Assembly (NCBI RefSeq): GCF_003704095.1
Contig: NW_020845264.1
Coordinates: 1,426,001 to 1,490,000, forward strand
Origin: Pocillopora damicornis
Lineage: Eukaryota
Direction of reading: 5' to 3'
Length of the DNA: 64,000 nucleotides
The position numbers were made by a program, and so were the translations under genes. A model generated the notes under the pieces. It did no database searches. It saw nothing but the letters and a program-made list of their open reading frames with translations, and was not told the origin of the DNA. Positions 30,301-41,018 of the stretch are shown here, one piece after another. Position 1 is the first letter of the stretch, and each line of letters begins with the position of its first letter.

Positions 30301-33300
30301 TTTTTCTTTATTCTCATCACTTGTCTGCTTGATATTGTATTGATATTGTGGGAAGAAATTCTCTCTTGGTCACTGACGGGAGTTAAAGGGTTAGACTTTT
30401 CTCATGCACACTCAAAATTATAAGTGCGATATTTCACCAGTAAACTGATAGAAAGTCTGTTACTTTTGTAAGATAAACTTTCAATTTTCTACGGGTTTCC
30501 ACTGCAACAAGTCATAGGTTTTTGACCAATCAGGGTGCTAGTTGTAAATAAGCATCTCAATTATTTCATAATGTCAGGTTACGGTAAGTCTGGAAATATG
30601 ACAGTGCACTGGGAATAATTTTTAACATAACTAGTTGCATGGTAATAGTGTTTGGAATATAAATTCAGATGTAAATTTTAGGATGTTTTAGCACTAACTA
30701 TTTGTAACTTTTTCTTTGATTGTCAGGTGGAGAGATGGTGCCCTTTATTGCCAGGAAGAAGAGTGCCAAGTGATTTACCAAAATTAAACCAATTGGCTGT
30801 GAGTTTGTTGACATTGAAAGTGATCAGTTGATTGGATCTAATTTCTAAGATTTTACTGATATTTTAATGTGTATAGGATACCTCAGAGACATTTAACCCT
30901 TTAACTCCCAAGATCTCATTAGTAATTTTCCTTACTGTCTGCCATACAGTTCTTGTGATGTTAGTTTGGAGAATTTCATATTGGATCAACTTATAATCCC
31001 CTAACTGATATTTTTCTTCATTCTCATCACCTGTCTGCTTGATATTGTATTGATATTGTAAGGAGAAATTCTATCTTGGTCACTCACGGGAGTTAAAGGG
31101 TTAAGTGTTTCTTACTTCTCATCTGATCATCATTAACCCAGCTGTCTTACATTTCTTATTTTATGTCTTCTCATCACCATTCTGCTTGAAATTATATCAA
31201 CATTACAGGGAGAAATTCAGTTTTGATCATTCCTGAGAGTGATTGGGTCAAGCGAACTTTATAAAATTGTCATCACTTCATGTGAATAAAATCTAGATAT
31301 TAGCTCTACAGATTGGTTCACTTGGTTTGCATTTATGTTTTTTTTTCTTTTATCCTGTTGGCAGGATGTCACAAGGACAAATGTACAAAGCCTTTTGAAT
31401 CTCTTAACGGATGAAAATGGTCTGAAATTTCGTTGGATGAAAGCGAGGATTGTACAGATGTGGCCTCATTGGCAAACAGCATTTTCAGCCTTAAAAATCA
31501 AAAGAGATTTCTCGAAAACAGTTAAAAAGAAGGTAAATGGATTTAAGCCTGGTTATAGTCAGGAGACATGCCGCAACTTGGCACAGGCTCTCAATGACAA
31601 TTCACTTTTCATCACTGAGACAGTGATGAAAATCAATTAAACATGTCACACAAATTTAAATTTGCTGTTAGTTGGTAGTAGTTTGGATTTGTGCCATAAT
31701 GGTGTTGATAAAGTGAGTCAGAAAACATAAGTCGCTTGAAGAAGAATGGCAGAATGGAGTCGAAATGTCGCGATCCACATCCCAAGTGACCACATCTTTA
31801 GGCAAATGATTATATTTCTCTTTTGAAAATGAGTTGGAGTGTCGTGCTTTGAGGAGTTCCTCCCAGAAAGCTACAGCAGTAAGATTTTAACCTTAAGTGT
31901 ACATCTTTGGTCACCAAAAAGTTGAGCTGGGAGTCCTGCAAGGCAACCAATAACCTAGGACAAAATGGAATGAATGAAGTTGTATTACCAGTAAATTCAA
32001 AGTATTTGTTTAACTAAAGGTTGGATACCAGACACAACTCCAGTACTTGTAAAAGAAACAACAGCCATCTGGAACTGGGTGGAACGTGGCTTTGCAATTC
32101 AAACTCCTGGATTGTCACCTGAACCAAAATAGTTATCATTTTTCTTAACTTCACCTTTCAGATTTTAATACATATTGGACTGTTGTCAAATGAAAACAAG
32201 CTTCACTTTGCCGAAGAGGCTGGCAAAGGTGGTCCGTTAGGGGAGCTGGTTCAGTGGAGTGACTTGATAACTTCCCTTTACATCCTTGGACATGACATCA
32301 CAGTCACTGCTGATTTGCTCTCTGCAACAAGGCAAGTTTGCTCTTGAACTCCCATGATCCAATTAGAAATTCTCACCCCTGACTGCCGTACATTTTCTTT
32401 GAAATCAGCTAGGAGAATTTGGTGTTATATCAACATAACACCCCCTAAGCTGATAGGCGTGTTCTCATAACTTGTTTGCATGACAACAAATTTTTGGCAG
32501 CCTGTTCTTTTATATTTTATAGTGCAATTGTAGGGGTGACGATAACCTTTTCTACAGGCGGCTTTGCCCGGAAAGAGGCCGTAAATTGAAACCCAAACGC
32601 TAGATTAAGCTCGCAGTCTAAACAGAAGGTAGTAAGTAAAGGGATCTTATAGGTGGCCATAGACCACTGGGAACTGGCTTGAATGAATTCCCTGCAAGTC
32701 TGCCCCTCAAGACCTTGTTTCCTCTTGCCAAACTGAAGACACAAAATAAAGAGATTTTTATTTGGTTATAACCTATAAAGTGCATTCTTCTTTTTCTTTC
32801 ACTAGTGTGATTGGGAATATTGTCAGCAAGAAGTTGTGTCCCCAGAAATTGCCAAATGATGTGGATCTTTTGTATACAGATTACATTGGCCTCAAAGAAC
32901 TAAGCACAAAAATTGGTACTCTGTCTCCACAATTCTTGTAAGTAGTGTACAACCTGTTATGAGTTGCTAAATATAAGAGATTTTCTTACTTTGGCTATTC
33001 ATGTAAAGGGAGGAATTCTTTCTGTTTTTCTGAAGGTACGAGTGATCACTCGAAGAAAAAAACCTCATTACTGTTCTTGGCATCTTCCTAATTTTGTGAA
33101 GAGCTCCTTTATCAAACCCTCCATTACTTTAAAATTCCTACAGTGGTGTAGTTATTCAAAATAACACTGCCTTCCTTTTCACTGTTAAGTATTTACAACC
33201 TTTCAAGAATTTGACTTTAAAGCAGCAAGTGTCTGATTTTTGACAGTAGTGTCCGATTTAGTGTCCAATTTTGGATATTAGCGTCCAGTTTTTGACTCCA

Positions 33301-36300
33301 GTGTCCAATGTTATACAGTATGTCCAATTTAGACACAGTGTCCAATTTTAGGCACTCGTGCCGGATTTGAGACTGTTTCATCAGGGTTTCTAAGCAGAAG
33401 GAAACTAATGAAAACAGGGGGCCGGGGGCCGTAGGAGGTGTCCGACTTTAGACACTACTCACGCTACTCCAGAAAACTTTACTTCGATAACTGTAAAATT
33501 ACTGTTATCAGCTATGAATCATTTTTAAACGGTCTTATTCTGGTAATATCTTTTTTTCGCTCTCCTTCTTCAGGAATCCCAACGATATTGAACCTTTTAA
33601 CTTTATAGAACCAGAAATTATCTCGGAATAAGAATTTCCTTTACTAGCGTAAGCAAATGGACAAAATGTGCGGCCCTCTTAGCAGTTGACCTGACAAAAC
33701 CTTTCTTTGGCCAGACCGGACTTATTTTGAGCCCAGAACCAGACCCTTACGTCACCCTCAGTCAAAGTATGTAGAATATATCATGATGTCAAAATAGAAT
33801 GTTGTCTTTTTCTTTTCAGGTGCAAACTGCGTGTGGTGGACTCATTTGGAACTGAAGCTCAGTTCAATTTTAATCTTTACAAGGAAAAACTCCCTGGAGG
33901 ATCTGTAGCACCTTTTGGACGATACAACTTAAACTTGCGGCAATTTCAGACCATGTTCCGTAAGTTTCTTTTTACTCGGAGAATTTGGGAATTTTTCTGC
34001 AATTTTTTGTTTTCCTTTTTTAATAGCATGTGTAAAAAAGGAGTTGACGCAACAAATTTGATCAGGTGTTGCAAATGGAAATAATTTTTTATCGGGATCA
34101 GTACTCCAAGATGTTGTTTAAGCAGGCTTAAGATTCCAAGGGTCCTGATTAGAATTCAGTTTCTTTTCAGGCTCTAAAATTTTCGGCTCAAATCAACATT
34201 TTCCCTGTGCTGTTTGCCGTTTTGGAAGCGCAATGATTTAGCTGCAAAGTTTTATACTCAAGTACTTGACATATCTCCCTAACATATAATATCGAATGCA
34301 AAGCCGGACTTAGTGCAAGAGCAACTACAGATGTGAGATCAAATTGAGCTATTTTACCAAACGAATGTCGGTCATTCCTGTAAGGTCAGCCAACTAGATG
34401 CTGAATCTTCTTAAGTTTTCTTTTTGTGATGTGTTTTCTTTCGTCCACAGCCCACAGTCCAGACAACACATTTCTTGGCTTTGTTGTGAATGCGCAGCCA
34501 CCTGTAAAAAACACAGTCAGAAAGTCCAGAAGAAAAGCAAAAGCTCTCGTCTATGGAAAGCATGTCAACATGTGGAAGGTAAGGACAAAAAATGTAACAA
34601 TGGTACCTCCAGAAGATTAGCACTGGATATTTTGATCAGGCGCATGCATTCCCTGAGTTGCTGACAAGGAGAGTTTGTTTTACAATCAAGAGCCTCTTTA
34701 GTTGGTGATCATTTCCTTTATTCTCATGACCTTAATGTTTGATTCAGGGGTGATATTGCATGGAGAAATTAGATGCTAGTCACTCTTAGGAGTCAAAGGG
34801 TTAACTTCTTCCTCTCAGGCTCTAGAGAAGGCTTCAATTGAGTGTCCTTCGTAGATTCCAGTATTTCTTTGGTTTTGCTTTACTTCGTTGATTGTGATTT
34901 GTCAGTAAAACTCCTGCAATCCTCGCCACCACTTTGATTCTGTATGTTTTGTTTTTTCGTTGCATTTTTCAAGGATGTAAAAGATAAAACCTTCCTCGAA
35001 GTCATAAACAGATACGTGGAAGTGCACGGCACTGTCGGGGGAGGGGTGAGTATTGTTGCTACTTAAAATGGCCGATTTCCCATAACAACAGTAGACAAAA
35101 AAAAAGCGTCTAGTGACATGCCCTTATTCGTGGAATATGACTTCGCACAAGTGCACTGAGCACATTTCCATCCAGAACAGCCAATGAAATCTATTTTTAT
35201 AGATGGCAGTGTTTTTTCAGCTCTTTACTCTGATCACGTTTGCAGTAACAGTGAGAGTGAAAAGATTTCTGTTTCACTGTTAACATTTTTACCCGTCTTC
35301 TTCCAAAAATGCTTAATTTTTTGTGATAGAACTGCTAATACGAGCTGTTTCTGAGTCACCTAAAATTTGTGAATGCCTCAGCGCTTCATTGAGGAAATAG
35401 ACCTCGCTCACCATGGAGTCTCTGTGACTCAGTGGTAGAGCATCGGAGCGCGGAATCCGAAGGTCTGAGATTCGATTCCTCTTGGGGACTCAGAATTTTT
35501 TCTTTGTCCCACGCTCGTGACAAGACGGAAAACATCTATCTTTATTTCTTTCTTTACCGAGCTCAAAATTTACCATCTCTCTTATTTCTATCTAAATTTA
35601 TATTATCAATGTATTAGTTTGTGAGGTTTTTTCCTTTGAATTTCTCCTACACTACAGAATTCGAACGACATTGCGAGCCATTTGCCAAGTTTTGTGATAA
35701 ACCATGGTGTGGTTACTCCAATGGAAGTGCAGCAGCTCTTGAACGAGTCAATGGTATCAATATTTAGCTTCTTTTAATCGAGTTATTTGCGCTGTGTGCG
35801 CAGGATTCCTGACAAAAAGGTCTGGGAAAGAAGCTATTCTCTCAATTCCTTTCTCTCACATGAGAGTTCCATCGAACAGCAAAGGAAACCAGAATTATTG
35901 CTCTATCATTTACTTTTAATTTACTGACTCTTTGTTGTTGTTTTTGAGAGGAGGGTAGTGAACGTCTTCCTTAAATGGAGGTTGTCATTTTAATTTGTGA
36001 GATAAAAAACTTGTTTATCCTGTTTTGCAGGTTTTTGTGGGACTTGGTTTCCCGTATGAGGGACCTGCGCCGTTGGAAGCAATAGCCAATGGATGTTTCT
36101 TTATAAATCCGAAGGTAAGTAAGAAACTAAGAAACACGTCTGATGAATTTCAGGTCTTGTCTCATATTGCATTTTCTTTACTTATTTCATTTGAATTTTC
36201 ATTTTATTGTGATTGCCAAGTAATGTGTTTAAAACAATCTTTTCAATTCACCACTGCCTCTTTTTTTGTCTTTTCTAGTTTATTCCACCGAAGAGTCGGG

Positions 36301-37896
36301 AAAACACGCCGTTTTTCAGAGACAAGCCCACGCTAAGACAGGTAAAGAAAAGAGTATGGTGTTTATTACCAATGATACCATCTGTGTCATCTAAAAAGTT
36401 GAAATGTTAGGGTAATCCTGAGGTAATGAAAAATATTTTTGGCTTATGTGCAGCAATCCTCAAATATATCCAACATCGTTTGTCATTCGCCTAATCCATC
36501 TGTTACACCAGACATCTTCGCCGTATGGTGCTCTTTTGGCCAAATTCACCCTTCTTGTTTTACTTTAGAGAACCTTCATATCTTTAGGGAAAGAGAATTT
36601 TGTGAGTTAGAGAATCGGTAAATAGGAAATTTAAACTCTGGTTTCTCTTGCTTTTCCAATAATCGTTGTATCAAACCTGTGGAAAAAATGCAGAAATCTC
36701 TTTTTCAGTGTTAATGGGATACTTTCACTCTCGTATAAAAACACTCTGAGGCTAGAAGTTGAGTTGTTCAATTTTTTCTGTTTACCTCACTGTGTTGGTT
36801 TTTTCATTTTAGGTGACTTCGCAACATCCCTATTGCGAAGAATTCATCAGCAGCCCGTATGTGTACACCATTGACATGAAAAATGTGTCAGAGGTTGAAC
36901 GAGTCATGAAAGAAATTATGCTGAAAGAAGTCGAACCTTACTTACCTTTTGAGTTTACTCATGAAGGAATGTTAGAAAGAGTTAGTGCGTTGGTTCAAAA
37001 TCAGGTACGTGACCGATTTTTCTTTTATTTTTATTTGGCTTGTTGCCGACGTGTTCTTCCGAACGGGATCAGGAGTCGAAAGATCTCCCGTGGTACATAA
37101 ATTTAACGCATTTAATTGACCAAAACATTCGACAAATAGTTCATCAGAAGCAACATGGCGGCTTCTCTAAACCTCGTGGTCGCAATACTACTCTTGCGCA
37201 TGCCTTTGACGTAATGGGCCACAGACTAGTTCCTAGTCCTTCTAGACAATGTGTTCAGTTAGTAAAACAGAGTGAAGTGGCAAACTGCGCGATAGCAGTG
37301 GCAGAGCGAAAACGAGGGAGGTTTGGATCGAGTCGCCTCGACCTAAACTTCTCTTGTTTTTCACTACTCCGCTTCTATTACGTCGTTTGCTCTCGCGCTT
37401 CGTGTAACTAATTGAACGCCTGAAATAAGCTAATTTTCGTTTGGAGTTAACGAGCGAATTCGGAACAATAAGAATTATATCTTGCAATATTTTTGTGGTT
37501 CTTTTCTTCAAGTCACCTTGAAGAGCAAGTGATTACTTCTCTCTTACATTCTAATCAGTATTCTTTTCTTTCCGCCGATGCCTCTGTTTGTTCTGGTAGA
37601 ATTTCTGTAACCATAATAATTGGCCTCCTGTAAAAGCCTTGGTAACTGTGAAAGGAGAGGCTGGAAAGTCGTGCAAACAAGTTTGTCTTTCTAAAGGTAC
37701 GGGAAGGAAACTATAATATAGGTTGTAAACATTTTTATAGCGGTTGGGACAACGAAAAAAAAAATATCTGTACATCGAACTGCAGAATCGGAAGGCCGAT
37801 TGGTTGTGTCATGATAACATTAACCCCTCCTCCCATAAGGCTCTGCAAAATTCTTATGATCCCCCCATCGTCACTTTATTGGCTGTCAATTTTCTA

Positions 37897-37932
<36 letters not shown>

Positions 37933-38800
37933 TTTATACTCTGTTGGTGACGACTGATCTCCCTTCCGACCCCTCCCAGGCAATAAAATAATGACTATTC
38001 CCTCAGGACTGAATCTTCGTTGGTACTTCGTGAGTACTACTTTTTTATTATATTAATTTTTTTTTAACAAAGGTATGGTTTGCGAACCAGAATTCTTCAA
38101 GGCAATCAACTCACGCACCTCACTTACAGAGTAAGTGCTGATCTTTTTTTTAATTATAGATCACTGATGAGGGGAAATTGATCGAGACCTTTTTCCATAA
38201 AGCACACTCTGATGTACTTCGTTTGTAATGTTGTAGTTTGGTGGTATCCTGTATGGGGGAGTTCTTACTCACGAGGAGTAATGTGCCAGTCCACTCACAC
38301 AAGACCTAATTCAGAATTGTTTCTCATATTTTTGTTATACCTTTTTGCGTAAACGATTGGTGAGAATTTGTTGATTAACCTGTGGTTCAGTTATTTCCAC
38401 GATCTGTGTGCTAGTGTCAGAGCTAAAAATCTGCTCAACGAATATTGTAAGACATCACCTTTACTTTATTGTGCTTAAAAATCTAGAACACTTCAGTTAT
38501 TTTTTTTCGTCGTTGACTCTGCACTTCAACTTTTAGTGTTAACATTACTTATTTCACATGTGGGATGATTGTGTGACTCAGTGTTAATTGCGTGACAGGA
38601 ATGGTTTTCCATGTAACAACAGCCGTCTTGAGGAAGTACCATCCCTCATCGCGCCAGGTTACCGCGAGGAGCCTAGAGCCTGCATTGTCCAGACCCAATC
38701 CCTTTTGTTTAGCTGCACAGGAACGAGTCCGTCAACTATGCGTTTATGTCCGTGTAGAAAATACAAAAAGGGACAGGTAGCATTATGTGAAGACTGTTGA
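24335..38800 (+). CDS. MGAT5: Alpha-1,6-mannosylglycoprotein 6-beta-N-acetylglucosaminyltransferase (GnT-V, GT18); 22 exons: 24335-24584, 26301-26487, 27060-27121, 27782-27871, 28314-28424, 28821-28910, 29653-29751, 29918-30010, 30727-30798, 31365-31532, 32162-32331, 32806-32937, 33820-33959, 34451-34578, 34974-35045, 35658-35753, 36031-36114, 36279-36341, 36813-37004, 37600-37696, 38073-38130, 38599-38800
   Basis: Type II anchor RLGFILIVLSFIWGMYLI; motifs GGPLGELVQWSDLITSLYILGHDI, LRVVDSFGTEAQFN, TMFPHSPDNTFLGFVV, FVGLGFPYEGPAPLEAIANGC, TSQHPY, PYLPFEFTHEGMLERV, LLFSC...RLCPCRKYKKGQVALCEDC*. Later exon borders may be off by a few bases. Confidence 0.95.
26727..27012. repeat. Degenerate (GTCA)n tetranucleotide array with a higher-order 36-bp unit
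   Basis: Runs of CAGT/GTCA; the unit CAGTAAGTCAGCCAGTTGGTCAGTCAGTCAGTTGAT repeats about three times. Confidence 0.9.
27236..27542. mobile_element. Hairpin-ended interspersed element
   Basis: GGGAAACAGTTAGTTTTGTT ... AACAAAACTAACTAGTTTCC inverted repeat at the left; CCAATCACAGTGCTC near the right end. Confidence 0.5.
28016..28222. mobile_element. piggyBac-type MITE
   Basis: Internal homology to 6466-6673 (CTCCCAAGATCTGATTGTTAATTCTCCCCTCTAGCTGC ... TTCTGGGAGTTAA). Confidence 0.75.
29396..29598. mobile_element. piggyBac-type MITE (inverted relative to 7512-7715), abutting a partial MITE at about 29285-29391 across a shared TTAA
   Basis: TTAA|CCCATTAAAACTTAAGAG ... TTAGAGTGTAAAGGG|TTAA. Confidence 0.8.
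30188..30390. mobile_element. piggyBac-type MITE nested in a hairpin element
   Basis: TTAA|CTCTTTAACTCCC ... GGGAGTTAAAGGG|TTAG; highly similar to 30897-31100. Confidence 0.85.
30897..31100. mobile_element. piggyBac-type MITE with perfect ends
   Basis: TTAA|CCCTTTAACTCCC ... GGGAGTTAAAGGG|TTAA. Confidence 0.9.
33227..33457. repeat. Cluster of short GTGTCC(A/G)ATTT motifs (about 10 degenerate copies)
   Basis: Motif recurs every 11-22 bp from 33227 to 33370, with one more copy at about 33438. Confidence 0.7.
34617..34800. mobile_element. piggyBac-type MITE (7512-type subfamily)
   Basis: TGATTCAGGGGTGA..GGAGAAATTAGATGCTAGTCACTCTTAGGAGTCAAAGGG|TTAA is shared with 7512-7715. Confidence 0.8.
35405..35593 (+). 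mobile_element. tRNA-derived SINE-like element
   Basis: A-box-like TGACTCAGTGGTAGAGC, stem TCGGA..TCCGA with an 8-nt loop, B-box-like ATTCGATTCC, then a T-run and a non-tRNA tail. Confidence 0.7.
37899..37931. repeat. poly(C) tract, about 33 nt, intronic
   Basis: Homopolymer run. Confidence 0.95.
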
Positions 38801-39110
38801 TGGAATGAAATCTGTAATTTCGTAACGATATATTTATAATTAATATTTTCAAATTAATTTGATAATATGTTAAGTAGTTTTCTAAGATTATTTCATAACT
38901 CCACTTTTATCTGGTATATTTATATATTATGCTTCATACGTTGTAATGTTAAAAAAAATATTTTTTAAATTTTCCTCTCTTGACTTTAAGTTATTCGTTC
39001 AGTCATCATGTGAAGTTCGGTTTTCAAAAGGGATAAAATGGATGAATATGTAAAATAACCTTTTCTGTTGCAACCATTGGTCAAACCATGGGGTAGGAAA
39101 AGACTGGTAA

Positions 39111-39161
39111 GCAACCATGGAGCACCATTGAGCACCATGGAGCACCATGGGGCACCATGGA
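39111..39161. repeat. 10-bp tandem repeat (GCACCATGGA), about 5 copies, in the probable MGAT5 3' UTR region
   Basis: GCAACCATGGA GCACCATTGA GCACCATGGA GCACCATGGG GCACCATGGA. Confidence 0.85.
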
Positions 39162-41018
39162 CACGATACGGTTCATGCGATATTTCCTGTTGCACTTGAT
39201 TGGTCAAAAAATCACAACACAGATGAAAGTGAGGAATATTCCCTGATATTTCAGTTTTATACATGTACGTTCACTTTTTCATTTGTTTAAATTTGTAAAA
39301 AATATAATTTATAAAGGTTACGAGGAGGTGGACGTTGAGAGTTTTAGTGTAAATTCTGTTTAAGCAGTTTTTTTAAGGACAGGGTATTTGCAGCGAAGCC
39401 CTTTGAATGCCTGGCTATACATTACCAAAGAGACCTCGTTAGCTTGTATGTTTTGTTTACCCATTTCAGGTCTCATGGGAATTCCCAGCTTTACCTTTTG
39501 TAAACTATGTGTTCATATGCGCGTAAATAAGAGGAAACTTTGTGGAAACAGTATTCTTGAGTTTTGTCACATGACCTGAATGGATTAAAAAAGCATTCAA
39601 GCTAACGTGTTTTTGGATCTTGCTTATTAATGTGAGTAACTGTACTTAAATGTAGGTAAATCCACAGATGTATGAAACCTAAGTCAGCAATGTAAGTAAG
39701 TAAACAAGGTTATTAAATACTTTTGTAAATATATTTTTTTTCTTATCTAATAGTAAATTTAATAATATTTCTAAAAAGTTAATGAGCAAATATATTGTTA
39801 AGATAGATTTTAAAAAAGTGACATAATAACCCTTGGTAAAGAACGTGTTCTGTCGGTGTCTACAATCTTGTCTCTTTTTCTAAAGCATATGATATCCTCA
39901 GACAATGTCAATATGTGTAATGTGGTTCCTGTTTCCATTTACAACCATTGAAAGTAACAGCGTGTCACTGTACTCGGTTTTAAATTACTGCAAGCGTGCA
40001 AACCACTCTCCTCCCCCCACCCCTGACAAAAAATGTATTGATCCTGCGGTCTGCATACCCTGGCGTGGATAAGGAAAGAATTGATCGCGTTTATCAGTCT
40101 TTCCCTTCCCCCATCGGTAGTGTTTTAAACCGAGTAGCGGCTTGTGTCTGATTTGCCTTCAATGGTTGGAAAGGGTAAATAATGTTATATTTAACTTATT
40201 TTCAGTTGTAGCATTTGATTAGAATAACCGTGTATCCAAATGTTGTGCCTTTGAAAAAAAAGGCTCTGTTTCTAGTAAACTTCATTTAAAGAAAAAGGGA
40301 TCATTAAAATGTTCGATATTTATTATTGTTGTTTAATTGATTGCGTGAAATCTCTACTTGTCGGAATATCAAACACATCTTTTTCTTAGGGAAAGAGCTA
40401 AGAGGACCATGTGGTGTATAATTATCTCTCTGGGCTCTCTCTTGTTCGAAAGAAGTTTTCAAACTTTCATAATTTCTTTCTTTCTCTTTTCCATTCTTCG
40501 CCAGCCCCCATTCCCTCCCCCATCCTAATATTTCGAGATATATGCTCGGGTCTCCTCTCTGTGGCATGCGCAGTCGTTGCTCGATCTCACGAGGTTCAGA
40601 CACAAGTGAGAGGTATCTGGCGACAACCAGTGGCAAAAAATGTCCCAGTAACTTGATTTGCAGTAGAAAAAACTCCAAAAAATTGAAAGTAAGAAATTAG
40701 CACTTTTCCTAAGCCACCCCGAGAGAACCGGATTTATTTTGAGACTCAAAATTGTTTATCCGGTGTGCTTGTTTGTTTACCTGTGTGTTTTAAAACACTA
40801 TCAGTCCACGAACTTAGTTTGTATTGCCTTGTTTACTTTCAGAGACGATGAATGACCGTTTCCTAGTTACTGAATTATAGTTCAAAATATTTCTTTTAAT
40901 ACACGTTGAAAAATGGAAATCAGTCGAACAACTCGGTTCATCGACCAATGTTCTGTTGTTAAACTTCAAGTCAAGATGTTTCTGATGGCAGGAAAATCGA
41001 AGCAATGACGACAAGGGT

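Noticed and set aside
33227-33457. CRISPR-like repeat/spacer pattern
   Set aside because: Repeats are only about 11 bp and degenerate, spacers are short and irregular, the context is a eukaryotic intron and no cas genes are present.
35417-35490. Possible tRNA gene
   Set aside because: The anticodon loop is 8 nt, the A and B boxes are mutated and a SINE-type tail follows; treated as a SINE.
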